From Acidobacteriota bacterium (lineage in GTDB: Bacteria; Acidobacteriota; Vicinamibacteria; Vicinamibacterales; SCN-69-37), in NCBI GenBank assembly GCA_005799825.1, contig SYFT01000034.1, forward strand, positions 7,629-71,628: DNA of 64,000 nucleotides. The letters are read 5' to 3'. Made by a program: the position numbers and the translations under genes. How positions within the stretch are numbered: the first letter of the stretch is position 1; each line of letters opens with the position of its first letter. Below the pieces are notes generated by a model. That model ran no database searches. It had not been told where the DNA came from and worked only from the letters and a program-made list of their open reading frames with translations. Positions 7,548 through 15,484 of this stretch are shown in pieces.

Positions 7548-9128
7548 ATGCATGTTCGCCTGAGGTGCGCAACGCTTGTCGCGGTGGCTGTGTGTGCAGC
7601 CGTCGTTTCGGCTCAGAGGGAAACCTTCGACCTGGTAATCGTCAACGCCCGCATTGTTGACGGCACTGGCGCACCGGCTCGCGCCGGTAGCCTGGGGATT
7701 CGGAAAGGCCTGATCGCGCGCGTCGGCGGTGTGACAGCCGCGCAGGGCACACGCGTCATCGACGCGCGAGGCGAGATCGTCGCGCCTGGCTTCGTGGACG
7801 TCCATACGCACGCGGACGATCTGGCGGAGCGACCCGATGCAGCCAACTTCATCCGCATGGGCGTGACGACAATCGTCGCCGGCAATTGCGGGTCATCAGC
7901 GCTCGCCCTTGCTGAAGCGCTTCAAGCGATCACGGATGCCGGCCCTGCCGTCAATTACGCTACCCTCATCGGACACAACACCGTCCGCTCGGCGGTGATG
8001 GGCCGGGCCCAGCGGGCTCCCACCGTAGTCGAGATGCAGCGCATGAAGTCGCTGGTGTTCAAGGGCATGGCCGAAGGGGCCGTCGGGTTTTCCACCGGCC
8101 TACAGTACATCCCCGGGACGTATTCCACCGCGCATGAAGTGATCGAACTGGCGCGCGTGGCCTCCAACGACGGCGGCGTCTACGCCACCCACATGCGGAA
8201 TGAGGGCACAGCAGTGCTCGATGCCGTGCGCGAGTCAATCCATGTAGGGTCGATGCTGCGAATGCCCGTGCAGATCTCGCACCTCAAGGTGGACAGCCCC
8301 AGTCGTTGGGGTTCGAGCACCGCAGCGCTGGCTCTCATCGACGATGCTCGAGAACAAGGTGTAGACGTGGAGGCTGACCAGTACGCATACACCGCAGGCT
8401 CGTCATCACTTTCGATTCGTTTTCCGACGTGGGTGCTCGAAGGCACCAACGTCGACGTGGCTGCGCGCCTGAATGACTCGGACACCTGGACTCGGATCAA
8501 GCGCGAGATGATGCAGCTCTTGGCCGAGCGCGGGTTCGCCGATCTCTCGTGGGCGACGGTGGCCACGTATCGCGCCAACGAGACATACAACGGCCTGACG
8601 ATGAAGGCGGTGGCGCAGGCGATGTTTGGCCGTGATGGCGCGGACGATCAGCTCGAATCGGCGCGGGTTGTGATGCTCAACGGCGGTGCGTCTATGGTCT
8701 ATCACTTCATGACCGAAGACGATGTGGAGCGCATCATGCGGCATCCAATGGTGGGTATCGCATCCGACGCCGGCGTGGTGCCGTTCGGCAGCGGGGTGCC
8801 TCATCCCCGCGGAATGGGGAATACGGTGCGCGTGCTCGGGCGATACGTGCGGGAGCGGAAGGTTATTTCACTCGAAGAGGCTGTCCGCAAAATGACCTCG
8901 TTGCCTGCCCGTCAGTTCCGGTTGACTGGACGGGGTGAAATTCGCGCGGGTGCGGCGGCCGATCTAGTGATCTTCGACCCGACCCGCGTGGCGGATCTGG
9001 CCACGTTTGCGGCGCCTCATGCGTCCCCGGTGGGCATCTCTCACGTCATCGTGAATGGCGTGCCCGCAGTGCGAGGCGGCGAGGCGCTCGGAACCCGGTC
9101 TGGACAGGTCCTCAGACGGTCCTCTTGA
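7548..9128 (+). CDS. N-acyl-D-amino-acid deacylase (D-aminoacylase) family amidohydrolase, secreted
   Basis: Inner part of ORF 7458..9128. ATG 7548 gives signal peptide MHVRLRCATLVAVAVCAAVVSAQ. Family segments are DLVIVNARIVDGTG and GFVDVHTHAD (HxH metal site). It starts 8 nt after the symporter stop. Confidence 0.85.
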   Translation: MHVRLRCATLVAVAVCAAVVSAQRETFDLVIVNARIVDGTGAPARAGSLGIRKGLIARVGGVTAAQGTRVIDARGEIVAPGFVDVHTHADDLAERPDAANFIRMGVTTIVAGNCGSSALALAEALQAITDAGPAVNYATLIGHNTVRSAVMGRAQRAPTVVEMQRMKSLVFKGMAEGAVGFSTGLQYIPGTYSTAHEVIELARVASNDGGVYATHMRNEGTAVLDAVRESIHVGSMLRMPVQISHLKVDSPSRWGSSTAALALIDDAREQGVDVEADQYAYTAGSSSLSIRFPTWVLEGTNVDVAARLNDSDTWTRIKREMMQLLAERGFADLSWATVATYRANETYNGLTMKAVAQAMFGRDGADDQLESARVVMLNGGASMVYHFMTEDDVERIMRHPMVGIASDAGVVPFGSGVPHPRGMGNTVRVLGRYVRERKVISLEEAVRKMTSLPARQFRLTGRGEIRAGAAADLVIFDPTRVADLATFAAPHASPVGISHVIVNGVPAVRGGEALGTRSGQVLRRSS

Positions 9129-9132
9129 CAAT

Positions 9133-9147
9133 AGTCCTCACAACGAC
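9133..9147 (+). promoter_or_regulatory. candidate MarR operator, site 1, next to a TTGACA -35-like box (9125-9130)
   Basis: AGTCCTCACAACGAC matches 13 of 15 nt of AGTCCTCAATACGAC at 9649-9663, which lies upstream of the next gene. It sits within the imperfect palindrome CAATAGTC...GACTGTTATTG. Confidence 0.4.
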
Positions 9148-9163
9148 TGTTATTGCCGTTGTC

Positions 9164-9610
9164 ATGATGAGCCGCTCCAAACCCCGCCAGCTTTCTGCCG
9201 ATGCCTTCCTGGCAATCGTCCGAACGGCCGAAGCGCTGCAGCGCGGGGCGGTAGAGCTATTCAGGGATTACGACCTGTCGCCGGCGCAGTACAACGTGCT
9301 GCGGATTCTGCGAGGGGCGGGTTCGGCGGGTGCCACCTGCAGCGAAGTGGCCGGCAGCTTGATTCAACACGACCCCGATGTGACGCGGTTGCTCGATCGT
9401 CTCGACACCCGCGGCTTGATCGAGCGGAGCCGCGACGCGACAGACCGTCGCATCGTGCGCACGAAGATTACGAAGGCCGGTACGGCGCTCCTGGCCGAAC
9501 TGGACGAACCCGTCGCGTCCCTGCATGCCCGCCAATTTGGGCATGTGAGCGACAAACGCCTGGGCGAGTTGGTGGCGCTGCTTGGAGAAACCCGTGCGGG
9601 AAATTCGTGA
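9164..9610 (+). CDS. MarR family transcriptional regulator
   Basis: Inner part of ORF 9125..9610 with an ATGATG start at 9164. The winged-helix region is LSPAQYNVLRILRGAGSAGATCSEVAGSLIQHDPDVTRLLDRLDTRGLIERSRDATDRRIVRTKITKAG. Confidence 0.88.
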   Translation: MMSRSKPRQLSADAFLAIVRTAEALQRGAVELFRDYDLSPAQYNVLRILRGAGSAGATCSEVAGSLIQHDPDVTRLLDRLDTRGLIERSRDATDRRIVRTKITKAGTALLAELDEPVASLHARQFGHVSDKRLGELVALLGETRAGNS

Positions 9611-9648
9611 ACGTCGCTTTTGTGTGGCCAACCACTCGTTACAACGAC

Positions 9649-9663
9649 AGTCCTCAATACGAC
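9649..9663 (+). promoter_or_regulatory. candidate MarR operator, site 2, upstream of the DoxX gene
   Basis: AGTCCTCAATACGAC is the second copy of the motif at 9133-9147. It is flanked by ACGAC direct repeats (ACGACAGTCCTCAATACGAC) and lies 24 nt upstream of ATG 9687. Confidence 0.4.
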
Positions 9664-9686
9664 CGTGAATGCATAAGGAGTCCGTC

Positions 9687-10145
9687 ATGTGTCAGTCCGT
9701 TTCATCGCCGTCCGTTGATCGCGGTTTGTTGCTCATTCGCCTTGCGCTTGGTCTGGTCTTCGTCATGCACGGCTGGCAGAAGCTCGCCGTATTTGGCGTC
9801 GCCGGCACGGCTGGGTTCATGGCCTCCCTGGGTCTGCCGTTCCCAACCCTGAGCGCCGTCGCGGTTATTGCGGTGGAGTTGATCGGCGGCCTGATGCTCG
9901 TCGCCGGTGCCGGCACACGGATCGCCAGCGCACTGCTGTCGTTCTCGATGCTGGTCGCGGTCGTCACGGCACACGCCGCCAGCGGCTTTTTTCTGCCGAA
10001 CGGCTATGAGTTCGCGCTGACGATGGCAGTGGTCAGTCTCGCGGTGGTGCTGACCGGCGCCGGAAGGTACTCGGTGGACGCCCGCGTCTTCGGGCGCGCT
10101 CCGGTCCTCGACTACACGACACCGGTCTACCGCAAGCCCGCGTAA
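9687..10145 (+). CDS. DoxX family membrane protein
   Basis: Inner part of ORF 9669..10145. AAGGAG at 9675-9680 precedes ATG 9687. Four hydrophobic helices and LIRLALGLVFVMHGWQKL are typical of DoxX. Confidence 0.85.
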   Translation: MCQSVSSPSVDRGLLLIRLALGLVFVMHGWQKLAVFGVAGTAGFMASLGLPFPTLSAVAVIAVELIGGLMLVAGAGTRIASALLSFSMLVAVVTAHAASGFFLPNGYEFALTMAVVSLAVVLTGAGRYSVDARVFGRAPVLDYTTPVYRKPA

Positions 10146-10146
10146 C

Positions 10147-10713
10147 ATGGGAAGCCTCATGACACCACTCAACGTTCTTGTGATCCTGGGCAGTGTCCGT
10201 CGCGGCCGCATGAGTGAGCGCGTGGCGACGTTCGTGATGTCGCGTCTGGCCGCCACCGACGGCGTGACCGCTGAATTGATCGACCTGCGCGACCTCGACC
10301 TGCCCATCATGGAAGAGCGCCTGGGCCGCATAGAACCGACCCCGGCGCACGCGGCCGACCTTGGCGCGAAGATCGAACAGGCCGACGGGCTGATCATTGT
10401 CTCGCCGGAGTACAACCACGGCTATCCCGGTGTCCTGAAGAACGCCCTCGACTATTTCTATGCGCAGTACAAACGGACGCCCGTGGGGCTGGTCACGGTA
10501 TCCAACGGCGGCCACGGCGGCGTCAACTGCTGGGCGCAGTTAGTCACCGTCTTCGTCCAGTTGGGCGCCATCGTCTTACCAAGTTCCGTTGCGGTCTCCA
10601 ACGTGGAAAGATCATTCGCCGAAGACGGCACCCCGCTCGAATCGTCCTACATCACACGTATCGACGGAATGATCGCGGAACTCGTCTGGCTGGCGTCAAA
10701 GCTGAGGGCATAA
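10147..10713 (+). CDS. NADPH-dependent FMN reductase family oxidoreductase
   Basis: ORF 10147..10713. Family segments are VLVILGSVRRGRMS and IIVSPEYNHGYPGVLKNALD. ATG 10159 is an alternative start. Confidence 0.85.
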   Translation: MGSLMTPLNVLVILGSVRRGRMSERVATFVMSRLAATDGVTAELIDLRDLDLPIMEERLGRIEPTPAHAADLGAKIEQADGLIIVSPEYNHGYPGVLKNALDYFYAQYKRTPVGLVTVSNGGHGGVNCWAQLVTVFVQLGAIVLPSSVAVSNVERSFAEDGTPLESSYITRIDGMIAELVWLASKLRA

Positions 10714-10714
10714 T

Positions 10715-11188
10715 GTGCCCATAACGCCTTACGCTTCCTATGTTGCGGGCCAGGACCCGCTCACTGTCCTTCGATCAACTCTTGACGGTTACCGCGACGT
10801 CTTCGCGCGCAACGGTGCTGCGGAGTGGGCGATGCCCTGGTCGCCAGACAAGTGGACGGCTCACCAGGTCATGGTCCACGTCACGCAATGGGAACTGATC
10901 TTCAGCACGCGGATCCGGGCAGCCCTTGCAGCGCCCGGATACGTCGTGCAGCCGATGGAGCAGGACGATCTCCTGAACGTCGAAGCACCCGCCGTGGACG
11001 CGCAGACGGCGTCTTTGGCATTTGAAGCCGTACGCCGCATGAACATCGCTCTTGTTGCGGCGTTAACGCCGACTCAGCGCGCCACGAAGATCACCCACCC
11101 CGAACGTGGCATCATTGATATCGAAGACCTTCTCATCACGCTAGCGGGACACGCCGCGCATCATTTACTTCAATTGCGCTCCAATTGA
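10715..11188 (+). CDS. DinB-family (DinB_2-like) metal-dependent protein
   Basis: ORF 10715..11188 with a GTG start. WTAHQVMVHVTQWE and the C-terminal LAGHAAHHLLQL form a His-triad-like pattern typical of DinB/YfiT proteins. Confidence 0.7.
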   Translation: MPITPYASYVAGQDPLTVLRSTLDGYRDVFARNGAAEWAMPWSPDKWTAHQVMVHVTQWELIFSTRIRAALAAPGYVVQPMEQDDLLNVEAPAVDAQTASLAFEAVRRMNIALVAALTPTQRATKITHPERGIIDIEDLLITLAGHAAHHLLQLRSN

Positions 11189-11190
11189 GA

Positions 11191-12006
11191 ATGGCTGGAT
11201 TGAGGGGCTGTCTCGCGATTCTCGTGATCGGGGTGCTGGTCGTATTGGCGCATGCGCGGGTCGTCAATGCGCAGACTAGGACGCTTGCCAGCATCTGGTA
11301 TCGGGGCAAGCCTGCCGGTGTGCCGCGACAAATGGATCTCGACGCGATTGCGCTGGCGGGGTTCTCGGCCGTCACCTGGCCGATGGTGCAAGTGGACGGC
11401 GCCATGGAGCTTCGGCGCATGGCGGAGTCGGCCGAGCTGCAGGTGGTGATTCGTAGTGAGCCGTTTCCGCTGACCATCGAGTCCGCGCTTCGTCCCGATA
11501 CCTACGTGGACATCCTGGTGCCGCAGACGCCCGTGCCCCAGTACCCGACGTTGATGTGGCGCGCCGTGGCGCACGGCGCCAGGGTCATTTCGTTTGACAT
11601 CGGCGCAGCCGACGGCAACGCGCTGCTGGATCAGGCGGGCCGCCCGGCTTCGTGGGTTGCGCCCGTGTCGGCTGTGGCGCGTGATCTCGTGCGCCACGCG
11701 ACGATGGTCGATGTGCTCACCGCCGGGCCCGCTGTTCGCGTCGAACCTCAGGCGCCAGGGCTCGACGTCACGCTGCTCGATGCGCGCCGTTCATGGGTGC
11801 TCATCGCCACCAACCTGTCGCCCACAGGGACGCCGCCGGCCGACACGTATGCCTACTTGCCGCGACCGGTACTGCCGGCTGAGTGGCTGAACCTCCTCGA
11901 CGGGTCCACGATCGCCATGTTGCGACGACCCACCGATGTCCGCTGGCACGTCGTACTTGGCCCCGGCGACGTGCGGGTGTACGTGATTGGGAAAATCGAG
12001 GGCTAG
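11191..12006 (+). CDS. hypothetical secreted protein
   Basis: ORF 11185..12006. ATG 11191 gives signal peptide MAGLRGCLAILVIGVLVVLAHARVVNAQ. I recognise no family motif. Coding is supported by length, codon bias and operon position. Confidence 0.6.
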   Translation: MAGLRGCLAILVIGVLVVLAHARVVNAQTRTLASIWYRGKPAGVPRQMDLDAIALAGFSAVTWPMVQVDGAMELRRMAESAELQVVIRSEPFPLTIESALRPDTYVDILVPQTPVPQYPTLMWRAVAHGARVISFDIGAADGNALLDQAGRPASWVAPVSAVARDLVRHATMVDVLTAGPAVRVEPQAPGLDVTLLDARRSWVLIATNLSPTGTPPADTYAYLPRPVLPAEWLNLLDGSTIAMLRRPTDVRWHVVLGPGDVRVYVIGKIEG

Positions 12007-12941
12007 AAAAAAACACCCGACGTCTGTTTCCAGTTTCCCGACTTCGCTTCAGCCATCTCGCCGAACACGATGCCGAGTGTTCGCGCGGTGTGGGCGCCTA
12101 AGGCCTTGAATCCGGCTAACGTCGGCGTGGTGGCCGTGAACTGCTCCTTCGACTGGCCCGCCTTGATTGCCGCTCGAGTGTGATTGAGAAGCGCGGTGAG
12201 ATAATCGCGGAAGACCATCAGGTCGGCGCGTGTTCCAGTCACGGGCAAGCTGGTGCCGGTGTGTCCAAAGATGTACGTCGTGTCATTGGCGTAGTCTGCA
12301 GCCGCTTTCTCGATCACCGTGATCCCGGTGGCCACGATTGCGCCATTAATGCGGTCGATCGCCGGAACCCGCCGGTTGATCATTAAGTCGCCCATATGCG
12401 CCACATTGGCACGTTCGAAGGTGATCACGGCGTCGCCGCCGGTGTGTGCGCGCCCGTAGTACTTGGCCCGCACCCACTCGTCGCCCACCTGCTCGCGCTA
12501 CACGTCCGTGAACGTGGTGTCGGGCGACAACTGCTCGGCGAAATTCGGTGCGGCTGCAGCCTGCTTAATTAGGTTCGCCGCGAACTCGTGCGCCACCACC
12601 TTCTTCGCCAGGCCCTTGAATGCGATGTTGCCGCCGCTTTGGTCACCGTGGTGATGCGTATTGATCAGGCGATCGACCGAGCGGTTCTTCGACCGCTCAT
12701 TGAGCCCATCGACACAGAGTCTGGCCGAGTCGGGGAACTAGCTGTCTACGACCACCACGCCTCCAGAGTTAATCAGGTAGCCGATGGTGCCACTCCGGCC
12801 CGTGACAAATCCGGCGCCTCTCCTGATCTCGGTGAAGACGGGTGTGACCACCGGCGCCTGCTGCTGCCAGGCCCTGCCCAGCGCACCTGCACCCAGGGCG
12901 ACGGCAGACGTAGCAAGACAGTCACGGCGGGCAATCGACAT
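12003..12941 (-). pseudogene. Tat-signal MBL-fold metallo-hydrolase interrupted by two in-frame TAG codons
   Basis: ORFs 12738..12941 and 12003..12488 and the gap between them lie in one frame. The reading is MSIARRDCLATSAVALGAG...GGVVVVDS*FPDSARLCVDGLNERSKNRSVDRLINTHHHGDQSGGN...TFTDV*REQVGDEWVRAKYYGRAHTGGD.... It carries the HHHGD zinc motif. The stops are at 12738-12740 and 12498-12500 and there is no frameshift. Confidence 0.75.
12007..12029. repeat. solitary half-copy of the nested palindromic repeat
   Basis: aaaaaaacacccgacgtctgttt differs at 2 positions from the arm aaaaagacacccgacgtcttttt. It lies exactly between convergent stop codons (12004-12006 and 12003-12005). Confidence 0.7.
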
Positions 12942-12995
12942 GGTTCAGTTCTTCGAAAAAAGTATGTCCTTGAGTTCCTTCGTGCCTCGTGTGGA

Positions 12996-15392
12996 TCAGT
13001 GGGGCGTGTTCTTCACGTACTTGTCCAGCCAGTTGAGGGTCTCAGCCATCACGTGCATGTTGGACTCGCGCGCGGCGTAGCCGTGTGATTCGTAGGGCAG
13101 CGTCACATACCGCGCTGTGGCGCCGTGGCCCTTGAGCGCCATGTAGAATCGCTCAGACTGGATCGGGAACGTGCCCGAGTTGTTATCCAGCTCGCCGTGA
13201 ATGAGCAGGATGGGCTCCTTCACCTTGTGCGCGTGCCAGAAGGGCGACATCTTCGCGTACACAGCAGGGGCTTCCCAGAAGGTGCGCGTCTCACTCTGGA
13301 ACCCGAAGGGTGTCAGCGTACGGTTGTACGCGCCGCTGCGCGCCACGCCCGCCGCGAAGATGTCGGAGTGCGCCAGCAGGTTGGCGGTCATGAACGCGCC
13401 GTAGCTGTGACCACCCACGCCGATGCGCGCGCGGTCCGCGATGCCAGCGTTCACGGCGTAGTCCACGGCGGCCTGGGCGCTCGCGACCAATTGCTCGACG
13501 TACGAGTCGTTGGCCGTTTCGCCCGAACCAATGATCGGCATCGTGGCGCCGTCGAATACGGCGTACCCCTGCGTCAGCAGCAACAGGTGCGACGCGCCGC
13601 TCACCAGTGTGAAACGGTTGGGTGAGCCTGAAATCTGGCTGGCCGCGTCGGCAGTGGTGAACTCCCGTGGATACGCCCACACAAACATGGGGAGCCGCAC
13701 GCCCGGCTTGTAGCTCGGCGGCAGGTAGATGGTGCCCGAGAGCGTCACGCCGTCTGCGCGTGTGTAGGTCACAAACTGCTTCTGCACATCCGACAGCTGC
13801 GGATGTGGATCCTTGAACGCGGTGATGGCCGTCGTCGAGCCAGCGGTCCGGTCGCGCATGATGTAGTTCGCCGGAATCTGCTTCGTCTCGCGGCGCGTGA
13901 TCACCTTGCTTGCGTTGTCGTCTACGAGCGCCACGATGGACTCTAACGCCTGGTTGTCGCTCTGCCAGAGTCGTTCCTTCTGCATTGTCTTCAGGTTGAG
14001 CCGATCGAGGAACGGCATGTCGCCCTTGGCCGACGCACCGGTGCCGGTGAGGTACACGGAGTCGCCCACATGCATGACCTTGCCGGTGCCCGGTCGCACG
14101 AGCGGAAGGCCGGGGTCGCCGTAAAGATCCTCCTGCGCCAGTTCCCACATCTTGCGGGGCGTCGCGCCGAATCCTGTCTCAAGCAGCCAGGTCCGCCGCC
14201 TGCGGCTGGCACGGTCCGACTCGTTCACCATCACGGCGCCGCGTTCTGTGAATGACAGTCCACCGTAGCGCCACTCGGTCTTCAGTAGCTCTGCCGGCTG
14301 GCCGGTGAACGGCGCGGCCAGACTCATCAGGCGATCTCGATGAGCGACCTTGTTGCGGATGTCTCCCTTGTCGAGTGCCTCAGCGTAGAGCAGCGTCGCA
14401 GGCTCGAGGGGGTGCCACCGTGCACTGCGCGGACCCTGCTGCACGCCATTGGCAGGCACCACGTCGTCCATTGGAACGTCGGCAAGAGCTTTGAGCACCG
14501 CCCCCTTGCGATCCCAGACTTCCACGTCTCGAGGGAAGCTACTCGCGGGCAACAAATACGAGTACGGACGCTTGATGCGGGTGACGATGAGGAATTGGGA
14601 GTTGGTGGAGACCTGCAGGCCGGCGTACACGGCGGGTTTGCCGAACGGCGTCTTCGTGCCAGCCATGTCCACCCAGGCGGGCTGGCTGATGAAGTAGTAG
14701 TCGTAGAGGAGCTCGTCGTGAGAGCCCGTCAGCAGGTCCTGATAGGTGCGGCCTGCGGCGATGGTGCCCATGTTCTGCTGGATGTTGGGCGTGGTGGGCA
14801 CGCGAGGCGTGGCAGGCGCGGCGCCCAGGCCCGCAGGAATCAGTCCGCACATGAAGCCGGCGGAGTCGTCGAGCCAGGAGCAGCCGCCGCCAAGCCCGTT
14901 GACGCCGCCATCAAGGATCGTGCGCACCGCACCGGTGGCGACGTCGGCCACAAGCAGGCGTGTGCCGTTGTCTGTCGCATGGGCGATGGCGATCTTCTTG
15001 CCGTCTGGGGAGAAGGTCGGGCTGAAGGAGCCTTGGGCCGGCAGTGTGAGCTTGCGCTCGGCACCCGACGCGACGTCCTTCAATGTGATGCCGGTGACGC
15101 CGTTCAGCACGTGCGGGCCGTTTGAGAGCGGGCTGATGCGCGACCCTCCGAGCCGCAGCATCGGCGAGGCTACTTCAGCCAGCGTCGGCATGCTGCGCCG
15201 GTGGGTGAGCAGCAGCGTGCGCCGGTCCGGCGACACCGCCACGCCCGGCAGCGGCTCGGCATCCATGATGTCGGCGATTACTTTGGGTGGCATCTGGTAA
15301 CCGGACGGTGCTTGCGATTGGGCGAAGAGGGCAGCGAAGGTTAGGGCAACGAGTGTGCACACAAACCCCGCACGATGCAAAAATCTGGACAT
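12996..15392 (-). CDS. S9 (prolyl oligopeptidase family) serine peptidase, secreted
   Basis: Distal 798 codons of ORF 12996..16265. ATG 15390-15392 has GGAGG 7 nt upstream. Signal peptide MSRFLHRAGFVCTLVALTFAALFAQ. The catalytic GGHSYGAFM (GxSxG) motif is followed by a C-terminal Asp/His region (IHGELDNN, YESHGY). Confidence 0.9.
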   Translation of the reverse strand: MSRFLHRAGFVCTLVALTFAALFAQSQAPSGYQMPPKVIADIMDAEPLPGVAVSPDRRTLLLTHRRSMPTLAEVASPMLRLGGSRISPLSNGPHVLNGVTGITLKDVASGAERKLTLPAQGSFSPTFSPDGKKIAIAHATDNGTRLLVADVATGAVRTILDGGVNGLGGGCSWLDDSAGFMCGLIPAGLGAAPATPRVPTTPNIQQNMGTIAAGRTYQDLLTGSHDELLYDYYFISQPAWVDMAGTKTPFGKPAVYAGLQVSTNSQFLIVTRIKRPYSYLLPASSFPRDVEVWDRKGAVLKALADVPMDDVVPANGVQQGPRSARWHPLEPATLLYAEALDKGDIRNKVAHRDRLMSLAAPFTGQPAELLKTEWRYGGLSFTERGAVMVNESDRASRRRRTWLLETGFGATPRKMWELAQEDLYGDPGLPLVRPGTGKVMHVGDSVYLTGTGASAKGDMPFLDRLNLKTMQKERLWQSDNQALESIVALVDDNASKVITRRETKQIPANYIMRDRTAGSTTAITAFKDPHPQLSDVQKQFVTYTRADGVTLSGTIYLPPSYKPGVRLPMFVWAYPREFTTADAASQISGSPNRFTLVSGASHLLLLTQGYAVFDGATMPIIGSGETANDSYVEQLVASAQAAVDYAVNAGIADRARIGVGGHSYGAFMTANLLAHSDIFAAGVARSGAYNRTLTPFGFQSETRTFWEAPAVYAKMSPFWHAHKVKEPILLIHGELDNNSGTFPIQSERFYMALKGHGATARYVTLPYESHGYAARESNMHVMAETLNWLDKYVKNTPH

Positions 15393-15430
15393 GGTGAATC
15401 CTCCTTGAAACAGAAGGCATTCTACTCTTT

Positions 15431-15484
15431 GATTCTGGATCCTAGACTCTGCACCCTGGACTCTGGACTCTGGACCCTGGACTA
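15431..15484. repeat. tandem heptamer array, about 7.7 units of GACYCTG (GTCCAGR on the minus strand)
   Basis: The units read gattctg gatccta gactctg caccctg gactctg gactctg gaccctg gacta. The last unit contains the stop codon (15482-15484) of the upstream minus-strand gene. The array fills the gap to the S9 peptidase start. Confidence 0.9.

Noticed and set aside
12498-12740. Amber codon reassignment or pyrrolysine-type decoding in the MBL gene
   Set aside because: TAG terminates several well-supported genes in this window. No pyl-like genes or recoding signals are visible, so pseudogenisation or sequence error is more parsimonious.
15431-15484. Heptamer arrays and palindromic repeats as CRISPR arrays
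   Set aside because: The period is 7 nt with no spacers. The palindromes occur as single units, and there are no cas genes in the window.
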